Shown here: positions 18,589-28,460 of the stretch, piece by piece | Position numbering within the stretch: position 1 is the first letter of the stretch | How the letters are laid out: every line of letters starts with the position of its first letter | Sequence record: NZ_CP044080.1 | Length of the DNA: 64,000 nucleotides | Reading direction: 5' to 3' (one strand) | Origin: a plasmid | Translations under genes and position numbers: made by a program | Notes under the pieces: model-generated | The model's database searches: none | Told to the model about the DNA's origin: nothing | Seen by the model: the letters and a program-made list of their open reading frames with translations, nothing else

Positions 18589-19377
18589 CTACTTGACCGC
18601 CAGCCCGGCGGTCAGCCCACCGTCGATGCCATAGTCGGCGCCGGTGATGAAGCCCGCGCGGTCCGAGCACAGGAAGGCCACCAGTTCGGCCACCTCCTCG
18701 GGCTCGCCAATCCGCCCCAGGGGATGGGCCGCGCCGAAGCGGGCAAAGACCTCGTCCTGCGGCAGTTCGGCGCCCAGCTTGCGCGCCGCCAACTCCAGGA
18801 TCGGCGTGCGGACCGACCCGGGCGAGACCGAGTTTACCCGCACCCCGGCCGCCGCATGGTCCAGCGCCATCGCGCGGGTCAGCGCATGGATCGCCCCCTT
18901 GCTTGCGACATAGGCCGCGACGCCCTGCTGGCAGGCGTGACCCTGGGCCGAGGACAGGTTGACGATGGCGCCGCCGCCCCGCCGCGCCATTTCCGGGATG
19001 CCGAAGCGGCCGGTCAGCACGATGCCACCCACGTTGACCGCCATGCAGCGCGTGAAATCGTCCCAGTCCGTGTCCAGCACCGTGCCGTAAGGGTGGACCG
19101 CCGCCGCGTTCACGATGATGTCGAGCCCGCCGAACAGGTCGACCGCCTCGGCCACCGCGGCCTCGACCGAGGTGTCGTCGGCCACGTCCAGCGCCAGCGC
19201 CGTGATCGACAGGCCCTGCGCGACCGCCATGGCCGCAAGCTCCTGGTTGGCGGCGATGTCGATGCCGCCGGCCAGCACTTCGGCCCCGCCCTGCGCCAGC
19301 CGGATCGCGCTGGCCCGCCCGATCCCCGTGGTCCCCGTCACCAGCGCGACCTTGCCCGCAAATTCACGCTCTGCCAT
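18589..19377 (-). CDS. SDR-family short-chain dehydrogenase/reductase
   Basis: The TGxxxGxG motif is VTGTTGIGRA. The catalytic YxxxK lies in VAAYVASKGAIHALTRAMA. Confidence 0.9.
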   Translation of the reverse strand: MAEREFAGKVALVTGTTGIGRASAIRLAQGGAEVLAGGIDIAANQELAAMAVAQGLSITALALDVADDTSVEAAVAEAVDLFGGLDIIVNAAAVHPYGTVLDTDWDDFTRCMAVNVGGIVLTGRFGIPEMARRGGGAIVNLSSAQGHACQQGVAAYVASKGAIHALTRAMALDHAAAGVRVNSVSPGSVRTPILELAARKLGAELPQDEVFARFGAAHPLGRIGEPEEVAELVAFLCSDRAGFITGADYGIDGGLTAGLAVK

Positions 19378-19472
19378 CCGCCCGTCTCCCTGTCCTGCCC
19401 GGCAATCCTATCGGTTTCGCGCGGGAATTGAAGGGGGCGGCCAATACCCTCCAAAGCCATGGAAAGCACTTC

Positions 19473-20259
19473 ATGAAACGCTCGGAAGTCAATGATATCC
19501 TTCGCCAAGGCCAGGCCTTCATCCAGTCCTTCGGCTGGCATCTGCCGCCCTTTGCCGACTGGACGCCCGACCAGTTCCGCGCGCGCGCCGATCAGGCGCA
19601 AGCCATCCTGTCGGCCGGTCTGGGCTGGGACCTGACCGATTTCGGACAGGGCGACTATGCGCGCACCGGGCTTTTCCTGTTCACGGCGCGCAATGGATCC
19701 GCGGCCGACCTGCAGGCCGGGCGCGGCATGTGCTATGCCGAAAAGATTCGGACAGGGCGACTATGCGCGCACCGGGCTTTTCCTGTTCACGGCGCGCAAT
19801 GGATCCGCGGCCGACCTGCAGGCCGGGCGCGGCATGTGCTATGCCGAAAAGATCATGTGGGTGCGCGATGGCCAGGTGACCCCCATGCACCGCCACATCG
19901 TCAAGGCCGAGGACATCATCAACCGCGGCGGCGGCGATCTGGTGCTGAAGGTCCACGGCGCGCAAGCCGACGGCACGGTCTGCCGCGACCGGCCCGTGAC
20001 GGTGGCCTGCGACGGCCTGCCCCGGCAGATCGGGCCCGACCAGCACCTGCGGCTGAAGCCCGGCGAAAGCGTCACCCTGCTGCCCGGCGTCTGGCACAGC
20101 TTCTGGGCCGAGGCGGGCGACGCGCTGGTGGGCGAGGTCTCGACCGTGAACGACGATATGACCGACAATGTCTTCGAGGCCCCTGTCGGCCGCTTCGCCC
20201 GCATCGACGAGGACGAAGCGCCCTGGCGGCTGCTGGTGTCGGACTATGGGGGATTCTGA
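19473..20259 (+). pseudogene. D-lyxose (D-mannose) ketol-isomerase, cupin family, frameshifted by an internal 106-bp tandem duplication
   Basis: MKRSEVNDILRQGQAFIQSFGWHLPPFADWTPDQF…FGQGDYARTGLFLFTARNGSAADLQAGRGMCYAEKI is D-lyxose-isomerase-like. The reading frame then shifts by +1 after the first repeat copy and resumes in the second copy (…CYAEKIMWVRDGQVTPMHRHIV…WHSFWAEAG…). Confidence 0.75.
19642..19853. repeat. Perfect direct tandem duplication, 2 x 106 bp
   Basis: The unit tcggacagggcgactatgcgcgcaccgggcttttcctgttcacggcgcgcaatggatccgcggccgacctgcaggccgggcgcggcatgtgctatgccgaaaagat occurs twice back to back. 106 is not a multiple of 3. Confidence 0.9.
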
Positions 20260-20328
20260 CGGGTTCCGCCTTGCGCGACTGGCGGTCTTGTTGGATAACG
20301 CCCGCAAGCAAGAACAGAGGTTCCCGCC

Positions 20329-20640
20329 ATGCGAGTCCGTATCTACAAGCCTGCGCGCAACGCGATGCAATCCGGCATCGCCCGCACCAAGCTTTGGGTG
20401 CTTGAATTTCCGGCAGACGATTCGCGCGAGATCGACCCGCTGATGGGCTGGACCAGCAGCGACGACACACAAAGCCAGGTCCGCCTGCGGTTCGAGACGC
20501 GCAAGCAGGCCGAGGACTATGCCCGCGAGAAGGGCCTGGAGTTCGAGGTAATCGAGCCCCACTCTCGCGCCCCGAACGTCCGTCCCCGCGGCTACGGCGA
20601 AAACTTCGCCCCCGACCGCCGCGCGCCCTGGACGCACTAA
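20329..20640 (+). CDS. NDUFS4-like ETC complex I subunit family protein (alphaproteobacterial small conserved protein)
   Basis: 103 aa. [27 protein letters not shown]…[39 protein letters not shown] matches the conserved NDUFS4/AQDQ-type family. Confidence 0.8.
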   Translation: MRVRIYKPARNAMQSGIARTKLWVLEFPADDSREIDPLMGWTSSDDTQSQVRLRFETRKQAEDYAREKGLEFEVIEPHSRAPNVRPRGYGENFAPDRRAPWTH

Positions 20641-21131
20641 CAGGCGCAGGCAGGCTGGGCCAAGCGGCCCGGCCGGGATCGGGCGCAGGCTGTTGCGCCG
20701 TTGAGCTCCCCTCGGGGGTGGGCATCCCGCCCCTGTCCGACGTTGCAGGCCCGGTTTGATGGCATGGCATGGCCTGCGAAGGCCGGCACCGATACCCGTG
20801 CCTTCACGCCGATGAAGACTTCTCGCCTGTCATTCCGATGCCGAACTGATCCGCTGCCGGACATGGGACCGCCCTGGCTGGGGCGATGCCCAGTCGCGCC
20901 CAGCGTCGTCGCCTAATACGCCAATCACGCGCCGAACATGGGCTCGAGACCTGCAAAATTCGCGCAGCCCTCGCCAATACACCCAGCAAATCCAAGATAA
21001 GTATCTGTTCTTTATAGAAATAAATCAGGGCTGTCCCGACGCCAAAGATGTAGACAGATAATCCTATCTATCCGTATAGTTTTGACAGTTGCCTCTCCAA
21101 AACCAATGCAACGTCAACAACAGGGATTTCC

Positions 21132-22343
21132 ATGATCAACCGTCGTCGCTTCCTGACCACCTCGACGCTCGCCGCGGCATCGCTGGCCGCGCCGGGCCTC
21201 GTGACCCGCGCCCTGGCCGCTGGCGAGGCGCTGAAGATCGGCGTGCCGGTGCCGATCTCGGGTGCCTTTGCGGCCAATGGCAAATTCGCCACGATCGGCG
21301 CTGCCCTGGCCGCGGAAGAGGTCGCAGCCGCGCATGGCGTGCAGGTCTCGACCCTGGACCTGGATACCGAGGGCAAGCCCGCCACCGCCGTGCGCAAGGT
21401 GCAGGATGCCTTGGCACAGGACGGGATCAAGCTGTTCGCGGGCGGCATCCTCTCGTCGGAATCGCTGGCCATGGGCAAGGAGATCGGGCGCGGCGGCGGC
21501 GCCTTCATGACCACCGCCGGCGCGGACGAGATCACCGGCGTCGATTGCAACAAGGCCACCTTCCGCTGGTCGGTGCCGACCTTCGGCGCCATCAACCAGA
21601 CCGTGCGGCCGATCATCGACGCGCTGCCCGACGCCAAGAAATGGTATACGATCACGCCGCAATATGTCTTTGGCGACGGGCTCTTGAACGCCGCCAAGGC
21701 GGTCTTTGCCGAAAAGGGCATCGACCATGTCGGCAACAGCTATCATTCGCTGACCGACAAGGAATTCTCGGGCTATCTGACCAATGCCATCGCGGCGCAG
21801 CCCGATGTGCTGCTGCTGCTGAACTTCGGCGCCCAAAGCTCGGACACGCTGCGGCAGGCGGTCAGCTTCGGCCTGAAGCAGCGCATGACCATCGTGGTCG
21901 CCTGGGCCTCGGGGCTCGAGCAGTTCGAGGCGCTGGGGCCGGACATCTGCGAGGGCGTCTATTTCGGGGCGCAATACTGGCACGGGGCGGATTCGCCGCT
22001 GAACCGCGAACTGGTCGCCAAGGTCCAGGAAAAGCACGGCTTCAACCCGAACTATTCCTTTGCCGGCAGCTACATCATCAGCAAGCTGCTGCTTGAAGGC
22101 GCGGTCAAGGCCGGCTCGCCCGAGGGACCGGGGGTCGCCAAGGCGCTGCAAGGGCTGAAATACGCGGGCCTGACCGGCGAAGAGGAAATCCGTGCCGCCG
22201 ACCACCAGGTCATCAAGGATTACTACCTGCTGAAGGGCAAGGCCAAGGCCGACATGGCCGACAAGGACGATTACGCCGAAATCGTCAGCTCGGGCAAATC
22301 GTTCCTGTCGCCCGAGGAAGCCGGCTGCAAGATGCCCGCCTGA
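21132..22343 (+). CDS. ABC transporter substrate-binding protein, branched-chain amino acid/amide (LivK-like) family
   Basis: 403 aa with a Tat-like signal RRRFLTTSTLAAASLAAPGLVTRALAA. A PBP type I (Leu/Ile/Val-binding) fold is present. Confidence 0.85.
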   Translation: MINRRRFLTTSTLAAASLAAPGLVTRALAAGEALKIGVPVPISGAFAANGKFATIGAALAAEEVAAAHGVQVSTLDLDTEGKPATAVRKVQDALAQDGIKLFAGGILSSESLAMGKEIGRGGGAFMTTAGADEITGVDCNKATFRWSVPTFGAINQTVRPIIDALPDAKKWYTITPQYVFGDGLLNAAKAVFAEKGIDHVGNSYHSLTDKEFSGYLTNAIAAQPDVLLLLNFGAQSSDTLRQAVSFGLKQRMTIVVAWASGLEQFEALGPDICEGVYFGAQYWHGADSPLNRELVAKVQEKHGFNPNYSFAGSYIISKLLLEGAVKAGSPEGPGVAKALQGLKYAGLTGEEEIRAADHQVIKDYYLLKGKAKADMADKDDYAEIVSSGKSFLSPEEAGCKMPA

Positions 22344-22411
22344 TCCCCGCCCCGCGCGCGCCCCGCGCGGCCCATGCCGTGCGGGGACCTTCCGGTTTCA
22401 GGGAGAGTCCC

Positions 22412-23266
22412 GTGATCTACCTTTTCCAGGTTCTGAACGGCATCGGTCTGGGGATGCTGTATTTTCTGCTGGCCGTCGGGCTTAGCATCATCTTTGGCCT
22501 GCTGCAGTTCGTGAACTTTGCCCATGGCGCGTTCTATCTGCTGGGCGCCTATCTGACCTATGACCTGACCACGCGCGGCTTCAGCTTCTGGCTGGCAATG
22601 CCGCTGGCCACGCTGATCGTCGCCGCCATCGCCGCGCTGATCGAGGCGCTGCTGCTGCATCGCATCTACAAGCTGCCGCATACCTTCCACATCCTGGTCA
22701 CCGTGGGCCTTGCCTTGGCGATCCAGGAGCTGGTGATCATCGCCTGGGGACCGCTGGGCGGTTCGGTGCCCGCGCCCGAAGGGCTGCAGGGCGTGGTGAT
22801 CCTGGGCGATTTCATCTATCCGCAATACCGCCTATTCACCATCGGCTTCACCGCCGTCCTGGCCGGGCTGCTTTGGTGGCTGCTGGAGGGGACGCGGCTG
22901 GGCGCCATCGTGCGCGGCGGCTCGGAATCGGCGTCGAACATGGCGCTGCTGGGCTACAACACCATGCGCATCAACACCGTCGTCTTCGGCTTCGGCGCCG
23001 GTCTTGCAGGCCTTGCCGGGGCGCTTGCGGCGCCGATCCGGGGGGTCGAGCCCTTCATGGGGGCCGAGGCGCTGTCGATCGCCTTCGTCGTCGTCGTGAT
23101 CGGCGGCATGGGCAGCTATACCGGCGCGCTGGTCGCCGGACTGCTGGTCGGCGTCGTGCAAAGCCTGATGGCCACGATCTGGCCCGAGGGCGCGCGCCTG
23201 ATGATCTATGTCGGCATGGCCATGGTCATCGCGCTGATGCCGCGCGGCCTTTTGGGGAGGGCATGA
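22412..23266 (+). CDS. Branched-chain amino acid ABC transporter permease (LivH-like)
   Basis: GTG start after the RBS GGGAGAG. VIYLFQVLNGIGLGMLYFLLAVGLSIIFG is a LivH N-terminus. Confidence 0.85.
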   Translation: MIYLFQVLNGIGLGMLYFLLAVGLSIIFGLLQFVNFAHGAFYLLGAYLTYDLTTRGFSFWLAMPLATLIVAAIAALIEALLLHRIYKLPHTFHILVTVGLALAIQELVIIAWGPLGGSVPAPEGLQGVVILGDFIYPQYRLFTIGFTAVLAGLLWWLLEGTRLGAIVRGGSESASNMALLGYNTMRINTVVFGFGAGLAGLAGALAAPIRGVEPFMGAEALSIAFVVVVIGGMGSYTGALVAGLLVGVVQSLMATIWPEGARLMIYVGMAMVIALMPRGLLGRA

Positions 23267-24231
23267 GCATGAACCCGCTGGACAAACCCGTCGCGCAGAT
23301 GGCGCTGGCCCTTGCCACCGCGCTGATCCTGCCGCTGTTCCTGAAATCGGGCATCCTCGCGACCGAGATCCTGATCTTTGCCATGGTGGTCGCGGCCTGC
23401 AACCTGCTTCTGGGCTATACCGGCCTTCTGTCCTTCGGTCAGGGCATCTTCTTCGGCATCGGCACCTATGTCGCGGGGATCTGCCTGACGCGCTGGCAGG
23501 TGCCGGTTCCGGTCGTGCTGGCGGGCGCTGCCCTGCTGGGCGCGCTGACGGCGACCCTGGTCGGCTGGCTGTCGATCCGGCGGCAGGGGGTCTATTTCGT
23601 CATGCTGACGCTGGCCTTCTCGCAGCTTTTCTACTTCCTCGCCTATACGTTCTCGGGCCTGACCGGGGGCGACAACGGGCTGCTTGGCGTGCCACGCCCC
23701 AGCATCGGCGGGGCCGAGCTGAACGCGCCTTGGTCCTACTACACCTATGTCGCGATCTGCTTCCTGGCGGTCTTTGCGCTGCTCATCATGGTCACGCAAT
23801 CGACCTTCGGCCGCACGCTGCTGGCGATCCGCGAGAACGAGGGCCGCGCCGCCGCCATCGGCTTTCCGACCCGCATCTTCAAGATCGAGGCCTTCGCCAT
23901 CTCGGGCGCGGTCACCGCCCTTGGCGGGGCGCTGCATGCCATGCTGATCGGCGTCGCGCCGCTGTCGAACATCGAATACCACACCAGCGAGCTGATCCTG
24001 ATCATGACCATCATCGGCGGCAGCTCCAGCCTGTTCGGCTCGGTGCTGGGGGCGGGGTTCTACCTGCTGCTGGCCGATGCGCTGTCGGCGATCTGGCCGC
24101 GCTGGCTGCTGTTGCTGGGGCTGGTTCTGGTCGCGGTGGCACTGTTCCTGCAACGCGGCCTTTGGGGCCTGGTCGAGCGCGGCTATGACCTTGTGGCGCG
24201 CCGCGGCAAGACCCCGGCGAAGGAGCATTGA
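23263..24231 (+). CDS. Branched-chain amino acid ABC transporter permease (LivM-like)
   Basis: MSMNPLDKP… starts at an ATG overlapping the LivH stop (ATGA). Polytopic with a LivM-type fold. Confidence 0.85.
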   Translation: MSMNPLDKPVAQMALALATALILPLFLKSGILATEILIFAMVVAACNLLLGYTGLLSFGQGIFFGIGTYVAGICLTRWQVPVPVVLAGAALLGALTATLVGWLSIRRQGVYFVMLTLAFSQLFYFLAYTFSGLTGGDNGLLGVPRPSIGGAELNAPWSYYTYVAICFLAVFALLIMVTQSTFGRTLLAIRENEGRAAAIGFPTRIFKIEAFAISGAVTALGGALHAMLIGVAPLSNIEYHTSELILIMTIIGGSSSLFGSVLGAGFYLLLADALSAIWPRWLLLLGLVLVAVALFLQRGLWGLVERGYDLVARRGKTPAKEH

Positions 24232-24232
24232 G

Positions 24233-25000
24233 ATGACCGACATCGTATTGCAGACCAAAGGGCTGGGCGTCAAATACGGCAACTTCCATGCCCTGGCCGA
24301 GGTGGACCTGCAGATCCGCCGCAACTCGGTCCATTCGGTGATCGGGCCGAACGGCGCCGGCAAGACCACGCTGTTTCACGCGCTGACCGGGCGGGCGCAG
24401 GCGTCCTCGGGCCGGATCGAGCTGGACGGGCGCGACATCACTGGCACCTCGGACGACGACCGGGTGCGGTTGGGGATCGCGCGGTCCTTTCAGGTGACAA
24501 GCCTGTTCCCGAACCTCGCGCTGCGCGAGAACCTGCGGCTGGCCGCGCAGGGCCGCACGCCCTGGCAGGCGCTGGCGCCTTGGCGGCGGGCGGAATCGAA
24601 CGCCCAGGCGCTGGCCATCGCCGACGAGGTGATCCAGCGGCTCGAGCTGTCCCGCGTGGCCGACCGGCTGGCGGGCGAGCTGTCGCATGGCCAGCAGCGC
24701 CGGCTGGAAGTCGGCATGGCGATGGCCGCCCGCCCCCGGGTGATCCTGCTGGACGAGCCGACCTCGGGCATGGGCATCGACGATATCGAGGCGATGAAGC
24801 AGCTGATCCGCGACCTTGGCCGCGACCACACGGTGCTGTTCATCGAACACAACATGGGCATCGTCATGAACATCTCGGACATGGTCACGGTGATGCGGCT
24901 GGGCCGCAAGCTGGTCGAGGGGCCGCCCGCGCAGGTCCGCGACGACCCCGAGGTGCGGCGCGCCTATCTGGGCAACATGATCACGGGGGACATCGCATGA
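24233..25000 (+). CDS. ABC transporter ATP-binding protein (LivG-like)
   Basis: MTDIVLQTKGLGVKYGNFHALAEVDLQI… carries Walker A GPNGAGKTT and the signature LSHGQQRRLEV. Confidence 0.88.
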   Translation: MTDIVLQTKGLGVKYGNFHALAEVDLQIRRNSVHSVIGPNGAGKTTLFHALTGRAQASSGRIELDGRDITGTSDDDRVRLGIARSFQVTSLFPNLALRENLRLAAQGRTPWQALAPWRRAESNAQALAIADEVIQRLELSRVADRLAGELSHGQQRRLEVGMAMAARPRVILLDEPTSGMGIDDIEAMKQLIRDLGRDHTVLFIEHNMGIVMNISDMVTVMRLGRKLVEGPPAQVRDDPEVRRAYLGNMITGDIA

Positions 25001-25701
25001 CCGCCGCGCTGCAACTGACGGATCTGCACGCCTATTACGGCAAAAGCCACATCCTGCAAGGCGTCAGCCTGACCGTGGGCGCGGGCGAGATCGTGACCCT
25101 GCTGGGCCGCAACGGTGCCGGCAAAAGCACCACGCTGAAGACCGCCGTGGGCCTGATCGCACCGCCCCAGGGCCGGGTCGAACTATGCGGGCGCGACGTG
25201 ACCGGGCAACCGGCCTATCGCATCGCCTCGGCCGGGCTGTCGCTGGTGCCCGAGGATCGCGGCATCTTCCAGCTGCTGACGGTCGAGGAGAACCTGCGCA
25301 TCGCCCAGCGGCGCGGCTCGCCTTGGGGGCTGTCCGACATCTATCGCATCTTTCCGCGCCTGCAAGAGCGGCGCAGGAACGGCGGCGGTCAGCTTTCCGG
25401 GGGCGAACAGCAGATGCTGTCGATCGCGCGCGCGCTGCTGAATGGGCCCAAGGTGCTGATGCTGGACGAGCCGGTCGAGGGGCTGGCCCCGATCATCGTC
25501 GAGGAGATCGTGGCCCAGGTCCGGCTGATCCGCGACGAAGGCGTGCCGATCCTGCTGGTCGAGCAGAACCTGGCCGTGTGCAGCCAACTGGCCGACCGGC
25601 ATTACATCCTGGAGCTTGGCCGCATCGTGCACGAGGCCAGCGCCCAGGAATTCCGCAACGCCCCCGAGGTCATCGACCGCTATCTGGGCGTCAAGGCTTA
25701 A
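24997..25701 (+). CDS. ABC transporter ATP-binding protein (LivF-like)
   Basis: MTAALQLTDLHAYYGKSHILQGVSL… carries Walker A GRNGAGKST and the signature LSGGEQQMLSI. Confidence 0.88.
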   Translation: MTAALQLTDLHAYYGKSHILQGVSLTVGAGEIVTLLGRNGAGKSTTLKTAVGLIAPPQGRVELCGRDVTGQPAYRIASAGLSLVPEDRGIFQLLTVEENLRIAQRRGSPWGLSDIYRIFPRLQERRRNGGGQLSGGEQQMLSIARALLNGPKVLMLDEPVEGLAPIIVEEIVAQVRLIRDEGVPILLVEQNLAVCSQLADRHYILELGRIVHEASAQEFRNAPEVIDRYLGVKA

Positions 25702-25710
25702 GGAACCCCA

Positions 25711-26970
25711 ATGTCAAACCTGAACATCGACGCCGAGCGGCTGTGGGACAGCCTGATGCAAACGGCGGAAATCGGCGGCACGCCGGATGGCGGCATCGCG
25801 CGGCTGACGTTGTCGGATGACGACCGGCGGGTGCGCGACTGGCTGGCGCAGCAATGCGCCGCGCTGGGGATGACGTTGCAGGTGGACGAGGTCGGCAACA
25901 TGTTCGCGACCCGCCCCGGGCGGCGCGCCGACCTGCCCGCCATCGCGATGGGCAGCCACCTGGACACCCAGCCCACCGGCGGCAAGTTCGACGGCGTGCT
26001 GGGGGTGCTGGGCGGGCTCGAGGTGCTGTGCACGCTGGACGCCGCCGGCTACCAGACCGAGGCGCCCCTGATGCTGGTCAACTGGACGAATGAGGAAGGC
26101 TCGCGCTTTTCGCCCGCGATGCTGGGCTCGGGCGTCTGGGCGGGGGTTTACAGCCGCGACCATGCCGACGCCCGGCTGGACGCGACGGGCGACAGCTTTG
26201 GCGCCAGCCTGGACCGCATCGGCTGGCGCGGGCCGCTGAAGGCCGGCGCGATCCGCTTTGGCGCGATGTTCGAATTGCACATCGAGCAAGGCCCGATCCT
26301 TGAGGACGAGGGCGCCCAGATCGGCGTCGTGCAGGGCATCCAGGGCATGCGCTGGTTCGACCTCGTACTGACCGGAACGGCGGCACATACCGGCTCGACC
26401 CCGATGGGGATGCGGCGCAATGCGCTGCTGGGCATGGCGCAGGTGATCGCGGGCATCGACCGCATCGCCAAGGCGCATGACGGCGCCGTGGGCACTATCG
26501 GCTATCTCGACATCAGCCCCAATTCGCACAACGTGATCCCTGGCGAGGTGCGGGCGACCATCGACCTGCGCCACCCCTCGGACGCGGTGCTGGACGTGAT
26601 AGAGGCCGAGGTCGCGGCGCTGGCGGCCGAGACAGCCGCAGGCGCAGGGCTGGACCAGCGCCTGGTGCCGATCTCGCGCACGGCGGCGGTGGCCTTCGAT
26701 GCGGATTGCATCGCCTCGGTCCGGGCGGGGGCGCAGGCGGCGGGCTTTTCGACACGCGACATCATTTCGGGCGCGGGCCACGACGCAGCCCATGCGGCGG
26801 CGGTCGCGCCAACGACGATGATCTTTGTCCCCTGTGCCGGCGGGCTGTCCCACAACCCGGCGGAATCGACGGAACCGGCCGAATGCGCCGCCGGCGCGCA
26901 GGTCCTGCTGGAGGCCGTGCTGGACTATGACCGCCGCATGGCCGAGGCCCGGTCGGAGGCAACCGCATGA
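25711..26970 (+). CDS. M20-family Zn-dependent amidohydrolase (allantoate amidohydrolase / N-carbamoyl-L-amino-acid hydrolase type)
   Basis: 419 aa. IAMGSHLDTQPTGGKFDGVLGVLGGLEV and …MFELHIEQGPILE… match the AmaB/AllC family. Confidence 0.8.
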   Translation: MSNLNIDAERLWDSLMQTAEIGGTPDGGIARLTLSDDDRRVRDWLAQQCAALGMTLQVDEVGNMFATRPGRRADLPAIAMGSHLDTQPTGGKFDGVLGVLGGLEVLCTLDAAGYQTEAPLMLVNWTNEEGSRFSPAMLGSGVWAGVYSRDHADARLDATGDSFGASLDRIGWRGPLKAGAIRFGAMFELHIEQGPILEDEGAQIGVVQGIQGMRWFDLVLTGTAAHTGSTPMGMRRNALLGMAQVIAGIDRIAKAHDGAVGTIGYLDISPNSHNVIPGEVRATIDLRHPSDAVLDVIEAEVAALAAETAAGAGLDQRLVPISRTAAVAFDADCIASVRAGAQAAGFSTRDIISGAGHDAAHAAAVAPTTMIFVPCAGGLSHNPAESTEPAECAAGAQVLLEAVLDYDRRMAEARSEATA

Positions 26971-28451
26971 CCCGCCTGGTGCTGGCGCGGCTGAACCACG
27001 AAACGAACAGCTTTTCCCCAGTGCCGACCCCGCTGGCCGCCTTTGCCCCGAAATGGGGCGAGGACGCACTGGCAGCGGCGGATGGCTATTCCGCCGCCGT
27101 GGGCGCCTTTCACGCATTCGCCCGCCACATCGGCGCGCAGGTCGAGGTGCCGCTGATCGCCCATGCCATGCCCTCGGGTCCGGTCGAGGATGACGCGTTC
27201 GAGGCGATGGCGGCCGCCATCCTCGTGGCGGTCGAAAAGGGCTGCGACGGCATCCTGCTGGACCTGCACGGCGCGATGGTCACCCGCAGCCATGACGATG
27301 GCGAGGGCGAGCTTCTGCGCCGCATCCGCGCCGCCGCGCCCGGCGTCCCCATCGGCGTGGCTCTGGACCTGCACGGCAATATCACCCAGGCGATGCTGGA
27401 CCATTGCGACGTGATCGTGGGCTTCAAGACCTATCCGCATGTGGACATGGTCGAGACGGGCGATCATGTCGTGCGCCTGTTCCAGCCCTTGCTCGCCGGC
27501 GCACCGCGCCCGGCGATGGCGCTTTGCCATCCGCCGATGCTGGCGGCGACGCTGTGCATGAACACGACGACCGATTGCGCCATGACCGACCTGATCGCGC
27601 AGGCCCGCGCGGCCGAGGCGCGGCCGGGCGTGCAGGCGGTGACGGTGTTCGGCGGCTTCCCGATCTCAGACCTGGCGGAAACCGGGCTTTCCATCGTCGC
27701 CGTCGCCGATACTCCGGCGCTGGCTGCCGAGGTTGCGGCGGAACTAGGACGCGAGGCGTGGCGGCGGCGCGCGGATTATGTCTATCACGAAGAACCCCTG
27801 CCCCAGTCCATCGCCCGCGCCTCTGGCCTTGCGGGCGGCGGCAGGCCGGTGCTGCTGCTGGATCACGGCGACAATTGCATGTCGGGCGGATCCTGCGACG
27901 TGATGGACGTTCTTGAAGAGCTGCTGCAGGCGGGCGAGACCGGCGTCATGGTCGGCCCGATCGCCGACCCCGAGACGGTAGCGCAGCTGTTCGCGGCGGG
28001 CCAAGGCGCCAAGGTCGAAATCGCGCTTGGCAACAAGACCCCGGCCAAGGGCCTGCCCGCGCCGCACCCGCCCCTGAGCCTGACCGGGCGCGTCACGGCG
28101 CTGTCGGACGGGCGCTATCGCGTCGCCGGGCCGATCTATCACGGACAGCGGCTGTCGATGGGCCGGACCGCCGCCTTTGACACCGGCGCCGCGCGCATCG
28201 TCATCTGCGAGGAACCGCATGAGCCGCTTGACCTAGGCTGCTTTGCCTGCGTCGGGCTGGATGCCCGGCAGGCGCGATTCCTGCACCTGAAATCGCGCAT
28301 GTATTGCCGCCCGGTGTTCGAGCCCCTGGCGGCGGCGGTGTTGGAATGTGCAAGCTCGGGGGTGACCGCCTCGGATTACGGGTTGTTCGCTTTCCAAAAG
28401 CTGGCCCGCCCCATATATCCGCTGGACCCTGGAACCGGCTGGAAAGGCTGA
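26967..28451 (+). CDS. M81-family metallopeptidase (MlrC / microcystinase C-like)
   Basis: 494 aa. The N-terminus MTRLVLARLNHETNSFSP is the characteristic M81 (DUF1485) start, followed by a DUF1446-like C-terminal half. Confidence 0.8.
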   Translation: MTRLVLARLNHETNSFSPVPTPLAAFAPKWGEDALAAADGYSAAVGAFHAFARHIGAQVEVPLIAHAMPSGPVEDDAFEAMAAAILVAVEKGCDGILLDLHGAMVTRSHDDGEGELLRRIRAAAPGVPIGVALDLHGNITQAMLDHCDVIVGFKTYPHVDMVETGDHVVRLFQPLLAGAPRPAMALCHPPMLAATLCMNTTTDCAMTDLIAQARAAEARPGVQAVTVFGGFPISDLAETGLSIVAVADTPALAAEVAAELGREAWRRRADYVYHEEPLPQSIARASGLAGGGRPVLLLDHGDNCMSGGSCDVMDVLEELLQAGETGVMVGPIADPETVAQLFAAGQGAKVEIALGNKTPAKGLPAPHPPLSLTGRVTALSDGRYRVAGPIYHGQRLSMGRTAAFDTGAARIVICEEPHEPLDLGCFACVGLDARQARFLHLKSRMYCRPVFEPLAAAVLECASSGVTASDYGLFAFQKLARPIYPLDPGTGWKG

Positions 28452-28460
28452 CTCACGCGA

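Noticed and set aside
20641-21131. Possible tRNA or CRISPR array in the long intergenic regions (also 29232-29752, 62323-62901)
   Set aside because: No GTTCGAATC-type T-arm or cloverleaf-compatible segments are present. There are no regularly spaced direct repeats. No tRNA or CRISPR was detected anywhere in the window.
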